A DNA stretch of 64,000 nt from an uncultured delta proteobacterium (GTDB lineage: Bacteria; Myxococcota_A; UBA9160; UBA4427): positions 1,952,001-2,016,000 of the forward strand of contig CAWGJT010000005.1 in the NCBI GenBank assembly GCA_963822965.1. The letters are read 5' to 3'. How positions within the stretch are numbered: position 1 is the stretch's first letter; each line of letters starts with the position of its first letter. The notes beneath the pieces were generated by a model that saw nothing but the letters and a program-made list of their open reading frames with translations, made no database searches and had not been told where the DNA came from. Made by a program: the position numbers and the translations under genes. Positions 8,394 to 18,497 of this stretch are shown here, in pieces.

Positions 8394-10466
8394 ATGAACG
8401 TCCGAGACCCCGCAACCATGACGTCGTTCGATAGCACCTTCTGGATCGTCCACCGCGACCCCGGCCCCCGCGCCGCCCTGGGCCGCCTGGCGACGGGTGT
8501 GGGCGGACGTCACGAGGTCGTCCTCGGCCGTCCGGGCGACGCCGTCTTCGACGCCGCGGCCCCCGCCGACGCCATCCTGCTCGACCTCACCGCCAGCAGC
8601 CGCGACCCGGAGCCCGAGCTCGAGTTCGCGCGCCGCATGCACCGCCGGCTGCCCGACTGCGTCTGGGTGCTGATCGCCGAGCCGGCAGCGGTGGCCAGGA
8701 TGCAGCGGCTCTTCGACGCCCTCGACGCCCGCGTCATCCCGGGACCCCCGGACCTGCGCAGCCTGCGCACCGCCCTCTCGGGGGCGCTCGAGCGGCGAGA
8801 GGCGCGCCCCCTGTCCCGGCGCATCGGCCGCGACCACGTGTCGGCCCGCTTCGCGCGCTGGTTCTCCTCCTCCCAGGGCCTGGGGGAGCCGCCCGAGCTG
8901 GCCCTGGCGTTGGATCCGCGCCTCGCCCTCGAGCCGGTGCTCGCGCGCGGCGAGCCCGGCACCGGGCGCGGCCTGCTGCTGCGCTACGTCCACACCCTCT
9001 CGACCCCGGACGCCGGCCCCTTCGTCCGCGTCGCCTGCACGCGACAGAGCCGCCCCGAGGAGCTCGTCTCCCAGATCGAGGAGGGCGTCCGCGAGTCGGG
9101 ACCCCTGGAGCCGGGGCTCCACGCCGAGGGGCGCTTCGGCATCTGGCTCGCCGAGATCGATCGGCTCCCCGAGACCGCCCAGTCCCGGGTGCTGGACTGG
9201 ATGGAGTTCGGTCTGCCCCTGGTGCTCCCGTCCGCGGTGCGCGGCGCCACCCGCTGGTTCGCCAGTGCAGGCCCGGACCCGACGCGGCTCGACCCGCGCC
9301 TCGCCCTGGTGTTCGCCGAGCTCACCATCCGCACGGTGCCGGTGCGAGAGCGTCCGGGCTGCATCGAGGCCTTCGTGCTCGACACGGCCCGCGCCTGGTC
9401 GTCCGTCCGGCGCGAGCCGGCCAAGAGCTTCGACGCGCCCACCATCGACCTGCTGCGCGCCGAGCCGTGGCCGGGCAACCTGGCGGAGCTCGAAGCGGTG
9501 GTGATCCGGAGCCTGGCCCACGCACCCGCCGACGCGCGGGTGCTGGGCATCGGCGACCTGCGCTTCGACCCCGAGCTGCCGGCGCGACCTGCGGGCCCCG
9601 GGCCCGCAACCGCTGCGGCCGCGGAGCCGGCGCCACCCTCGGCGACACCGCCCACCCCGGACGAGGCCGGCGTTGCCATCGCCCGCGCCGTCACGGATGC
9701 GGAGGCGGGATCCGAGCCCCTGGCCCTGACGAGCCTCGAGCCGGACGAGGCGACACCGCGTCCGCCGCCGGAGCCCGCCCGGCGCGACGACCCGGTCTCG
9801 CGGCTCGCGACGGCCGTCGCCCACGAGGTCCGCAATCCCCTGGTCTCGATCCGGACCTTCTCGGAGCTGCTCGACGAGCATTACGCGGACGAGGAGTTCC
9901 GCACCCGATTCGGCCGGGTGGTGGCCGACGACGTCCGTCGCATCGAGGAAGTCGTCGAGCGACTCGAGCAGATGGGTGAGGGACCGGCGCCCGCGGCGCG
10001 CTTCGACATGACCGCCCTGCTCGAGGCCCTGCTGGACGACCAGCGTGCCCACATCCAGTCGAAGCGCCTGCTCGTATTGAAGGAGCTGGATCGGGCGCGC
10101 CCCTACGCGTTCGGCAACGAGGTCGCGCTGCGCCGCGCCCTGAGCGGCCTGCTCGACCACGCGATCCGGGAGGTGCCCGAGCGCGGCGACCTCTACCTGG
10201 CCTCGCGTCATCAGCCGGGAACCCCCGAGCGGGCCACGATGCGGATCGTGCTCCGCTACCGGGTCCAGCCCAGCGCGGCGCCGGGTGCCGAGGCGTCCGG
10301 CCTGCCGACCCTCCGCGACACCGTGCTCGAGCGGTCGCTGGCGGAGGGCGTCATCGCCCGCCAGGGCGGCAGCCTGCGCGTCGACACCACCGACCGTGCC
10401 GAGACCGAGATCGAGATCGATCTCCCGGCTCCCGGACCCGAGTGGCGGGACGAGGCGTTCCGCTGA
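8394..10466 (+). CDS. fusion of REC-like, degenerate sigma-54 activator AAA+, HisKA and degenerate HATPase domains
   Basis: AILLDL; GEPGTGR; WLAEIDRL; PWPGNLAELEAVV; AHEVRNPL H-box; C-terminal QGGSLRV. Start is 8394 or 8418. Confidence 0.75.
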   Translation: MNVRDPATMTSFDSTFWIVHRDPGPRAALGRLATGVGGRHEVVLGRPGDAVFDAAAPADAILLDLTASSRDPEPELEFARRMHRRLPDCVWVLIAEPAAVARMQRLFDALDARVIPGPPDLRSLRTALSGALERREARPLSRRIGRDHVSARFARWFSSSQGLGEPPELALALDPRLALEPVLARGEPGTGRGLLLRYVHTLSTPDAGPFVRVACTRQSRPEELVSQIEEGVRESGPLEPGLHAEGRFGIWLAEIDRLPETAQSRVLDWMEFGLPLVLPSAVRGATRWFASAGPDPTRLDPRLALVFAELTIRTVPVRERPGCIEAFVLDTARAWSSVRREPAKSFDAPTIDLLRAEPWPGNLAELEAVVIRSLAHAPADARVLGIGDLRFDPELPARPAGPGPATAAAAEPAPPSATPPTPDEAGVAIARAVTDAEAGSEPLALTSLEPDEATPRPPPEPARRDDPVSRLATAVAHEVRNPLVSIRTFSELLDEHYADEEFRTRFGRVVADDVRRIEEVVERLEQMGEGPAPAARFDMTALLEALLDDQRAHIQSKRLLVLKELDRARPYAFGNEVALRRALSGLLDHAIREVPERGDLYLASRHQPGTPERATMRIVLRYRVQPSAAPGAEASGLPTLRDTVLERSLAEGVIARQGGSLRVDTTDRAETEIEIDLPAPGPEWRDEAFR

Positions 10467-10499
10467 GCACAGCCCGGACGGCGGTGATACCCTGCCGCC

Positions 10500-11909
10500 A
10501 TGCCTCGCGTCCTGGTCGTCGACGACGAGCCCGGTGTCCAGGAATCGCTTCGCATGCTGCTCAAGCAGGAATGCGAGGTGGTGACCGCGGGCGACCTGGA
10601 CGCCGCCGTGCGCTCGATCGACACCCAGGTGCCGCACCTGGTGCTCCTCGACCTGCTGATGCCCGGCCGCAACGGCATGGAGCTGCTGAGCGAGCTCGAC
10701 GAGCGCGGGCTCCGCATCCCCGTCGTGGTGCTGACGGCCACCAAGGCGGTGGCCACGGCCGTGGAGGCGATGAAGCGCGGCGCGATCGACTACATCACGA
10801 AGCCCTTCGAGCCGGAAGCCCTGCGGCTCAAGGTGCGTCAGCTCATCGCCCACGGCGCGCTGGAAGAGGAGGTCGAGCGTCTCCGCGAGGAGGTGCGCGG
10901 ACGCCAACAGATCGTCGGGCTCATCGGACGGAGCCCGGCCATGCACGACGTGTTCCGGGCCATCGAGCGCGTGGCGCCGTCCCGCGCCAGTGTGCTGATC
11001 TCCGGCGAGAGCGGCACCGGCAAGGAGCTCGCCGCCCGGGCCATCCACGAGCTGTCGCCCCGGCACGAAGGTCCGTACGTGGCGGTCAACTGCGGCGCGA
11101 TCCCCCGCGATCTGATCGAGAGCGAGCTCTTCGGCCACGAGCGGGGGGCCTTCACGGACGCCGTGGAGCGGCGCATCGGCCGCTTCGAGACGGCCTCGGG
11201 CGGCACCCTGCTGCTGGACGAGATCGGCGAGCTCGACCCGGCCGTCCAGGTGAAGCTCCTGCGCGTGCTGCAGGAGAGACGCTTCGAGCGGGTCGGCAGC
11301 TCGACGCCCATCGACGTCGACGTCCGCATCCTGGCGGCCACCAACCGCGATCTCACCGCCGAGGTCGAGCGCGGCCGCTTCCGGCCCGACCTCTACTACC
11401 GCATCAACGTGGTGCCGATCCGGATGCCCGCCCTGCGCGAGCGCCGGGAGGACGTCCGTCTGCTGGCCGAGCGCTACCTCGATCGGGTGGTCGTGGAGAC
11501 CGGCCGCCGGGTCAGCCTGGCGCCCGCCACGCTGAACGCCATGGAGACCTACCCGTGGCCGGGCAACGTGCGCGAGCTCGAGAACGCCATCGAGCACGGG
11601 CTGGCCCTGTGCGAAGACGACGTGATCGAGCTGACCGACCTGCCCGAGGACATCGGCCGCAGCGGGCTCACGGAGTCTCTCCGGGACGACTGGCGCGCCG
11701 GCCGGGTGGGCTTCGAGGAGACCGTGGCCCGCTTCGAGCGGGAGCTCCTACGCGAGGCCCTCGAGCGCGCCCAGTGGAACCAGACCCGTGCGGCGGCCGA
11801 CCTGGGGATCACCCGCCGGGTGCTGAAGCTCAAGATGGACCGCTTCGAGCTCGACTCCCGGGGAAAGGATCGCCCGGAGATCCCGCACGGGGACGAATCC
11901 AGGCGCTGA
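10500..11909 (+). CDS. NtrC/AtoC-type sigma-54-dependent response regulator
   Basis: REC (VVDDE, LLDLLMP, KPF), GESGTGKE, ESELFGHERGAFTDA, LLDEIGE, WPGNVRELEN, C-terminal Fis HTH. Confidence 0.95.
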   Translation: MPRVLVVDDEPGVQESLRMLLKQECEVVTAGDLDAAVRSIDTQVPHLVLLDLLMPGRNGMELLSELDERGLRIPVVVLTATKAVATAVEAMKRGAIDYITKPFEPEALRLKVRQLIAHGALEEEVERLREEVRGRQQIVGLIGRSPAMHDVFRAIERVAPSRASVLISGESGTGKELAARAIHELSPRHEGPYVAVNCGAIPRDLIESELFGHERGAFTDAVERRIGRFETASGGTLLLDEIGELDPAVQVKLLRVLQERRFERVGSSTPIDVDVRILAATNRDLTAEVERGRFRPDLYYRINVVPIRMPALRERREDVRLLAERYLDRVVVETGRRVSLAPATLNAMETYPWPGNVRELENAIEHGLALCEDDVIELTDLPEDIGRSGLTESLRDDWRAGRVGFEETVARFERELLREALERAQWNQTRAAADLGITRRVLKLKMDRFELDSRGKDRPEIPHGDESRR

Positions 11910-12111
11910 CGGCCGTTCCGATCGGAACACCCCGCCGATTTCGCAGACGGCTCGGCGGGTTGTGGCGGCAAGGTGCGTGTCGACGCGGGCCGGGTCGTTC
12001 CGATGCGAACGGCAGGAGCCTGCCACCGGGCCGCCGCCCCACCTTTTCGCTGACACTTCAATCGCTTCGAATCCGGCCACTTGCACCCGCGACGGGCTTC
12101 CGCGCTGCCGG

Positions 12112-12126
12112 TGGCACGCGGCTTGC
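12112..12126 (+). promoter_or_regulatory. sigma-54 -24/-12 promoter
   Basis: TGGCAC-GCGGC-TTGC, a perfect consensus match in the intergenic region upstream of the HD-GYP gene. Confidence 0.8.
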
Positions 12127-12206
12127 GAAGACGACGTGACATGGCCCACAACCCCCCGGCTCGAGTCCGCCCTTGCGACCCGACCCCGACAAGAAAGGGT
12201 CGCGCG

Positions 12207-13418
12207 ATGGCCGACTGCCCCCGGACCCAGATCCGTCCCACCGAGTACATGCTCGAGAAGACGACGATCCTGATCGTCGACGACGAGTCCGGTCCTCGCG
12301 AGTCGTTGCGGATGATCCTGTCCCCGGCCCACAAGGTGATCACCGCCGATTCGGGCTCGGCCGCCCTCGAGGTGATGCGCTCGACGCCCGTCGACCTCAT
12401 CACCATCGATCTGAACATGCCCGGCATGAAGGGCGAGGATCTGATGCGCGCGATCCGGGACGACTACCCGTCGACCGAGATCATCGTCATCACCGGCTTC
12501 GGCTCGGTGCGCACCGCCGTGGACGGGCTGCGCTTCGGCATCTGTGACTACATCTCCAAGCCCTTCGACGTGGTGGAGGTGAGCGGGGCCGTGAGCCGCG
12601 CCCTCAGCCGCAAGCAGGGCCGCTCCAAGCTCGTGAGCTTTCTCGAGGGGGTCGGATCGGTCCTCGGCAAGGATCGCGGGAGCGACGAGGTGCTCGCGGA
12701 GCTGGCGACGCGCCCCGACCTCCGCAGGCAGCTGGCCGGCGGCGCCGGGGCGGCCCACGTCCCGCGTCCCGAGCCGGCGTCGGAGCGAGCGCAGCAGGCG
12801 GCCGGGCAGAGCCGGCCGGTGGCGCCGGACACGACCCTGGAATTTCTCGACGTCCTCGCCCAGGCCCTGGAGAGCCGGGACGGCTACCTGCGCAAGCACG
12901 CCCAGCGCGTCGGCTTCTACGCCGACCTGCTCGCCGAGCGGCTGGGCGTGGACGAAGAGCTGCGCGAGCACGTTCGCATCTCGTCATTCCTGCACGACAT
13001 CGGCAAGATCGGCCTGAGCGACGCGGACAGGCAGCGCGCTCAGCTGCGCACGAGCGCCAGCGACGGCGAGGAAGAGCATCCCGAGGTCGGTGCCCGTCTC
13101 GTGGAGCCGCTGGGCTTCGAGGAGCCGATCGCGGAGGCGATCCGCCACCACCACGCGAACTGGGACGGCAGCGGCTACCCGGAAGGAGTCGCGGGCGAGA
13201 ACATTCCGCTCGCGGCACGCATGATCGCCGTGGTGGACGCCTTCGACAAGCTCACCGACGACCGGCCCGGTGCGGCCCGCCGATCCACCGCCGAGGCGAT
13301 CGCCTGCATCCAGAAGGGCTCGGGGACGCACTTCGATCCCGCCATCGTGGCGGCCTTCGTCGGGATGGTCGAGAGCGGCGAGCTCGAGCTGGGCGCCGCG
13401 GGCGAGGAGGCCCGATGA
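12207..13418 (+). CDS. response regulator with HD-GYP phosphodiesterase domain
   Basis: REC (IVDDE, IDLNMP, KPF); LHDIGK; HHHANWDGSGYP; IPLAARMIAVVDAFD. ATG 12207 follows AAGAAAGGG; alternative start 12249. Confidence 0.9.
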   Translation: MADCPRTQIRPTEYMLEKTTILIVDDESGPRESLRMILSPAHKVITADSGSAALEVMRSTPVDLITIDLNMPGMKGEDLMRAIRDDYPSTEIIVITGFGSVRTAVDGLRFGICDYISKPFDVVEVSGAVSRALSRKQGRSKLVSFLEGVGSVLGKDRGSDEVLAELATRPDLRRQLAGGAGAAHVPRPEPASERAQQAAGQSRPVAPDTTLEFLDVLAQALESRDGYLRKHAQRVGFYADLLAERLGVDEELREHVRISSFLHDIGKIGLSDADRQRAQLRTSASDGEEEHPEVGARLVEPLGFEEPIAEAIRHHHANWDGSGYPEGVAGENIPLAARMIAVVDAFDKLTDDRPGAARRSTAEAIACIQKGSGTHFDPAIVAAFVGMVESGELELGAAGEEAR

Positions 13419-13771
13419 GCGCCGGCGTTCCCCCCGTGCTCGACCGCGGCGACGCGGCCGGCGAGCCGTCGTGCGACGGCGTGATCCGCATCGCCCGCTA
13501 CAGCGTGTATCCGCGGGCGACGAGCGAGCACGCGGTGCAGAGCGGCGTGGCGCGAGAGATCGGAGACGGACGGCTGGTGCTCGCGACGTCGACACCGGAG
13601 TCCGTGGGTGAGCTGCTGCGTGTGCTCGTGCAGGGCCTCGGCGACCAGGACGAGCACACCCTGGCGCGCGTCATCTCGTGCGAGGCCCGCGGGCCGGGAC
13701 GCTTCGAGCTCCTGCTCGAGGCGCTCGACTCCCACCAGCCGCGGTTCGTGAGATCGCGACGGCAGGCTTGA
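13415..13771 (+). CDS. small PilZ-like beta-barrel protein (degenerate)
   Basis: ATGA-coupled to the HD-GYP gene. The pattern G.AREIGDG.LVL...VGELLRV...ARVISC....FELLL resembles the PilZ fold. Confidence 0.5.
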   Translation: MSAGVPPVLDRGDAAGEPSCDGVIRIARYSVYPRATSEHAVQSGVAREIGDGRLVLATSTPESVGELLRVLVQGLGDQDEHTLARVISCEARGPGRFELLLEALDSHQPRFVRSRRQA

Positions 13772-13928
13772 TTTCGACTCGTCTCGTTTTGGGGGGCGAA
13801 GGGGTCGGGTCCGGACGGGAGGTCGATGGATGAACCGGGGGGTTCCATCGGCTTCCTGTCCGGACCCATTCCGTGAGCCGCCGGTCCACGCAGGACGACC
13901 CACCGGGCGTGCTGCTACCCTGGGTGCC

Positions 13929-14279
13929 ATGTTCGGAATCGGCGGCTGGGAGATGATCCTGATCGGGGTGGTCGCTTTGCTGGTCTTCGGACCGAAGCGG
14001 CTGCCCGAGCTGGCCCGCTCCCTCGGGAAGGGCCTGGCGGAGTTCCGCAAGGCGTCGAGCGACCTGCGGCGCAGCATCGACTTCGACCTCGATCCCACCC
14101 GAACCTCCGCACCGGCCCCCGAGACCCAGCCACCCGCCCAGGCGGGCGACCCGGCGAGCACCCCGCGCATCGGTGGAGGGCCCCCGGCTGCGGGAGGGCC
14201 CGCCCTGGAGTCCCCCGAAGGCGCCGATCCGGATCCCGCGCCGGTCGTGGCGGACGAACGCGTCGCCCGTGGAGATTGA
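13929..14279 (+). CDS. twin-arginine translocase TatA/TatB subunit
   Basis: MFGIGGWEMILIGVVALLVFGPKRLPELARSLGKGLAEFRKA. Confidence 0.92.
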   Translation: MFGIGGWEMILIGVVALLVFGPKRLPELARSLGKGLAEFRKASSDLRRSIDFDLDPTRTSAPAPETQPPAQAGDPASTPRIGGGPPAAGGPALESPEGADPDPAPVVADERVARGD

Positions 14280-15042
14280 CGAGGCGATTCCGCTCACCGA
14301 GCACCTCGGCGAGCTGCGCAGCCGGATCTTCAAGGTGCTGCTCGCCTGGGGCGGCGGGTTCGCCCTGGCGTGGGGGTTCAAGCAGCAGATCTTCGGCTAC
14401 CTGCTCGCCCCGGCCATCGCGGCGCTGAGCCCCGAGCAGCCGAAGCTCCAGGCCATCGCCCCCACCGAGATCTTCTTCACGTACGTGAAGTGCGCGCTGC
14501 TGGCGGGCTTCATGATCTCGCTGCCGGTGGTGTTCTGGCAGGTGTGGGCCTTCGTGGCCCCGGGCCTCTACCCGAGCGAGAAGAAGGCGATCGTCCCCTT
14601 CGTCGCGAGCTCCACGATCCTCTTCGCGGGCGGCGCCGTCTTCGGATACTCGGTGGTCTTCCCGCTGATGTTCCAGTTCCTGACCGGGTTCGACAGCGAG
14701 TTCGTCGTCTCGGCCTGGACGATGCGCGAGGTCTTCGCGCTCACCTCGCGCATGTTCCTCGTGTTCGGCGTCGCCTTCGAGCTGCCGCTGTTCATCTTCT
14801 TCCTCTCGGTGGCCGGCATCGTCGATGCGCGCCAGCTCTGGGGCTGGACCCCCTATGCGGTGCTGGGCGTCTTCATCGTGGGCGCGATCCTGACGCCGCC
14901 CGATCCCGTGAGCCAGGTGTTCCTCGCGGTTCCGCTCCTCGGCCTCTACCTGATCGGCGTCGGCGCCGCGTGGATCTTCGCCGGAAGGCGCAAGAAGCAG
15001 GAGGACGAGAGCGAGAAGGCGGCCGACGGCTCTCCCAGCTGA
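14269..15042 (+). CDS. tatC: twin-arginine translocase subunit TatC
   Basis: PLTEHLGELRSR, FVAPGLYPSEK, FGVAFELP, AILTPPDPVSQ. Confidence 0.95.
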   Translation: MEIDEAIPLTEHLGELRSRIFKVLLAWGGGFALAWGFKQQIFGYLLAPAIAALSPEQPKLQAIAPTEIFFTYVKCALLAGFMISLPVVFWQVWAFVAPGLYPSEKKAIVPFVASSTILFAGGAVFGYSVVFPLMFQFLTGFDSEFVVSAWTMREVFALTSRMFLVFGVAFELPLFIFFLSVAGIVDARQLWGWTPYAVLGVFIVGAILTPPDPVSQVFLAVPLLGLYLIGVGAAWIFAGRRKKQEDESEKAADGSPS

Positions 15043-15129
15043 GGGCTCTCGCGGCTGAGGGCTCTCGCGGCTGAGGGCTCTCGCGGCTGAGGGCTCTCGC
15101 GGCTGAGGGCTCTCGCGGCTGAGGGCTCT
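15038..15129 (+). repeat. 16-bp tandem repeat GCTGAGGGCTCTCGCG, about 5.75 copies
   Basis: Directly visible; the first unit contains the tatC stop codon. Confidence 0.95.
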
Positions 15130-15151
15130 GCCGGCCGAGCGGCCGGCGGGA

Positions 15152-16846
15152 TCACTCGGGGGCGAGGCGCTCCAGCACGTGCTCGCACGGAGCCGCCCCG
15201 TCGGCGATTCGGACCTCGAAGCGTCCGGGCTTCTTCTCCATCACGAACGCCTCGTGCGGCCGGCCCTCCACGAGCAGCGACCAGGCACCTCCCGGCGCGG
15301 CCACGGCGTCGAGTGGCAGGCGCCGGCCCTCCACCTCCACCTCGCGCTCGGCGCCCGAGCCCACCACCTGTACGGCGAGCGCGCCCTCCCTGGCGCCCTT
15401 GCCCTTCTCGACGAGCTTCAGGGGCGTCCCGGGAGGAGCGTCCAGCGAGAGAGCCACCAGGGCGGCCGCCACGGGGAGCCAATCGCGGGAAGGCTCCGTC
15501 CCTTGGGCCGTGGCGAGCAGCGAATCGACGAGGCCCGTGTCGTAGCGGCCGGCCACGAAGTCCGGGTGGCCCAAGAGCGCACGGTGCAGCGGGATCGAGG
15601 TCCGGATGCCCTCCACGGCGAACTCGGCCAGCGCGCGCTCGAGCCGCGCCATGGCCCGTTCGCGGGTGGGTCCCCAGACGACGAGCTTGGCGAGCAGCGC
15701 GTCGTAATGCGGCGTCACCGTGTCGCCCGCCTGCACGCCGGCCTCCACCCGCACGCCGGGACCGCCCGGCGGGCGGAAGACCGCGATCCGCCCGGGAGAA
15801 GGCAGGAAGCCCTTCGCGGGATCCTCGGCGTACACCCGCGCCTCGATGGCGTGACCGCGCGGCGCGACTTCCTCCTGTCGGAACGACAGGGGTGCACCCG
15901 CCGCCACGCGGATCATCTCCGTCACGATGTCGACCTGCGTGATCTCCTCGCTGATCGGGTGCTCGACCTGCACGCGGGTGTTCATCTCGAGGAACCAGAA
16001 GTCGCCGCTCGCGTCCATCAGGAACTCGACCGTCCCCGCGCCGACGTAGTCGACGGCACGCGCCGCCTCGAGCGCCGTCCGACCCAGGGCCTCCCGGCGC
16101 TCGGCGTCGACGCCGCAGGCCGGCGCCTCTTCGAGCAGCTTCTGGTGTCGCCGCTGGACCGAGCACTCGCGCTCGAAGAGGTGCACCGCGTTGCCGTGCC
16201 GGTCGGCGAGCACCTGCACCTCGATGTGCCTCGGCCGGGCGATCTGCTTCTCGACGTAGATGGCGTCACTGCCGAACGAGGCCTGTGCCTCGCTGCGCGC
16301 ACGCTCGATGGCGGGACGCAGGTCCTTCTCGGCGGCGACGACCCGCAGGCCGCGCCCGCCGCCGCCGCCGCTCGCCTTGACCATCACGGGCAGACCGATC
16401 TCGAGGGCGAACGCCACCGCCTCGTCGTCGGACAGCGCCTCCGCGGAGCCCGGCACCACCGGCACCCCGGCTTCCCGCATCAGGCGCCGCGACGTCACCT
16501 TGTCGCCCATCGCCCGCAGCACGTCCGGGGCCGGACCGATGAACGCGACCCCCGCGCGCGCGCACGCCTCGGCGAAGTCGCCGTTCTCGGAGAGGAAGCC
16601 GTACCCCGGGTGGATGGCATCGGCGCCACTGCGCCGGGCGATCTCGAGCAGGCGCTCCACGTCGAGATACGACTCGCTCGCGCGTGCCGGTCCGCAGGCG
16701 TAGGCCTCGTCGGCGAGCCGGACGTGGAGCGCGCCGCGGTCCGCCTCGGAGTAGACCGCCACGCTCGGCACCGCGAGATCCCGGCAGGCCCGGATCACGC
16801 GAACCGCGATCTCCCCGCGGTTCGCGATCAGGATCTTCTGGAACAT
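15152..16846 (-). CDS. biotin carboxylase subunit of an acyl-CoA carboxylase (no biotin-carrier domain)
   Basis: KILIANRGEIAVR, HPGYGFLSEN, GGGGRG, ERECSVQRRHQK, FLEMNTRVQVEH. No MKM motif. Confidence 0.92.
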   Translation of the reverse strand: MFQKILIANRGEIAVRVIRACRDLAVPSVAVYSEADRGALHVRLADEAYACGPARASESYLDVERLLEIARRSGADAIHPGYGFLSENGDFAEACARAGVAFIGPAPDVLRAMGDKVTSRRLMREAGVPVVPGSAEALSDDEAVAFALEIGLPVMVKASGGGGGRGLRVVAAEKDLRPAIERARSEAQASFGSDAIYVEKQIARPRHIEVQVLADRHGNAVHLFERECSVQRRHQKLLEEAPACGVDAERREALGRTALEAARAVDYVGAGTVEFLMDASGDFWFLEMNTRVQVEHPISEEITQVDIVTEMIRVAAGAPLSFRQEEVAPRGHAIEARVYAEDPAKGFLPSPGRIAVFRPPGGPGVRVEAGVQAGDTVTPHYDALLAKLVVWGPTRERAMARLERALAEFAVEGIRTSIPLHRALLGHPDFVAGRYDTGLVDSLLATAQGTEPSRDWLPVAAALVALSLDAPPGTPLKLVEKGKGAREGALAVQVVGSGAEREVEVEGRRLPLDAVAAPGGAWSLLVEGRPHEAFVMEKKPGRFEVRIADGAAPCEHVLERLAPE

Positions 16847-16886
16847 CTGAACGGGCCTTCCTCGAGACGCGGGTCGGGAGCGGCGT

Positions 16887-18173
16887 TCAGAGCTTCGCGA
16901 TCTCGCCGGCCGTGCGGACCAGGCGCTGCTCGTACTCGAGCAGGTCGATCGGCTTCCGCGCCACGCCGGAATCCATTGCCGCCTGGGCGACGGCGGGCGC
17001 CACGTAGCGCAGCACCCGCGAATCGAAGGGCTTGGGGATGATGTAGTCCGGCCCGAAGTCGAAGTTCTCCCCGGGATAGGCGCGCTTCACCACCTCGGGC
17101 ACGGCCTCGCCGCGCTGGGCGAGCTCGGCCAGCGCGTGCACCGCGGCGAGCTTCATCGGCTCGTTGATCGCCGTCGCCCGCACGTCCAGGGCGCCCCGGA
17201 AGATGAACGGGAACCCCAGCACGTTGTTCACCTGGTTGGGGTAGTCGGAGCGGCCCGTGGCCATGATGACGTCCGAGCGCACCACCTTCACGTCATCCGG
17301 CGTGATCTCGGGGTTCGGATTCGCCATGGCGAAGATGATGGGGCGCTCGCCCATCGACTCGACCATCTCCTTGGAGACGAGGCCACCCTGGGAGAGACCC
17401 ACGAACACCTCCGCTCCCGCCATGGCGTCGGCGAGGGTGCGCGACTTCGTGTCCGAGGCGAACTCCGCCTTGTAGGGGTTCATCCCCTCTTCGCGCCCCT
17501 TGTAGATCACGCCGCGGCTGTCGAGCATCGTGATGTTCTCGGCGCGCGCTCCGAGATCCTTGTAGATGCGACAGCACGCGATCGACGCAGCACCGGCCCC
17601 CGAAACGACGATCCGCAGCTCTTCGAGATCGCGCTCGGTGATCTCGCACGCGTTGAGCAGGGCCGCGGCCGAGATGATCGCCGTGCCGTGCTGGTCGTCG
17701 TGGAAGACCGGGATGTCCAGCAGCTGCTTGAGACGCTCCTCGATCTCGAAGCACTCCGGGGCGCGGATGTCCTCGAGGTTGATCCCGCCGAAGGTGGGCG
17801 CGATGAGCTGGCAGGTGCGGATGATCTCCTCGGGATCGGTGCTGTCGATCTCGATGTCGAAGACGTCGATGTCCGCGAAGCGCTTGAACAGGACGCCCTT
17901 GCCCTCCATGACGGGCTTGCCGGCAAGGGCCCCGATGTTTCCGAGGCCGAGCACGGCCGTGCCGTTGGAGATGACGGCGACGAGGTTGCCCTTGGCGGTG
18001 TAGCGGTAGGCCAGATCCGGGTCGCGCGCGATCTCGAGGCAGGGCGCGGCGACCCCGGGCGTATAGGCCAGCGACAGGTCTTCGGCCGTGTCGGTTGGCT
18101 TCGTTGGAACGACCTTCACCTTCCCGGGGCGCCCGGATGCGTGATAGGCGAGTGCATCTTCCTTGAGACTCAC
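16887..18173 (-). CDS. NAD(P)-dependent malic enzyme (MaeB-type, without PTA domain)
   Basis: [50 protein letters not shown] start at 18173. Confidence 0.93.
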   Translation of the reverse strand: MSLKEDALAYHASGRPGKVKVVPTKPTDTAEDLSLAYTPGVAAPCLEIARDPDLAYRYTAKGNLVAVISNGTAVLGLGNIGALAGKPVMEGKGVLFKRFADIDVFDIEIDSTDPEEIIRTCQLIAPTFGGINLEDIRAPECFEIEERLKQLLDIPVFHDDQHGTAIISAAALLNACEITERDLEELRIVVSGAGAASIACCRIYKDLGARAENITMLDSRGVIYKGREEGMNPYKAEFASDTKSRTLADAMAGAEVFVGLSQGGLVSKEMVESMGERPIIFAMANPNPEITPDDVKVVRSDVIMATGRSDYPNQVNNVLGFPFIFRGALDVRATAINEPMKLAAVHALAELAQRGEAVPEVVKRAYPGENFDFGPDYIIPKPFDSRVLRYVAPAVAQAAMDSGVARKPIDLLEYEQRLVRTAGEIAKL

Positions 18174-18497
18174 GGAGCTTCCCTCGTGGCCCTTGCCGTC
18201 GCCGGGGCTGCCAGCGACGGCTCTCTCCGACGAACCGGGTTCCGGAGGGTGGCCTGGAGCGACGGTTCCCGTCGCAGCGAGAGCTGGGAGCAACCCGGGA
18301 CCAACCTCGGCCCCCGGCTTCTACCCGGGCCTTCGTCCAGGCTCTCCCACCTCACCGCCCCGCAGGTGCACGGGGTCGGCCGCCAGGCGAGAGCCCTGGA
18401 TTCTATCAGATTCCCTGAGGAGTTGGGGGGCGATGGGGACGCCCCGCGTTCCACCTCTCCACCCGCCGCCTCCCGGCCGGTGGGGTGGGGGTGGCGG

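Noticed and set aside
7395..11597. 1400-aa minus-strand ORF and other long shadow ORFs (e.g. 21241-24144, most of 35548-38364, 60296-62437)
   Set aside because: They are antisense to well-supported genes and have no recognisable motifs. Such open frames are expected at this GC content.
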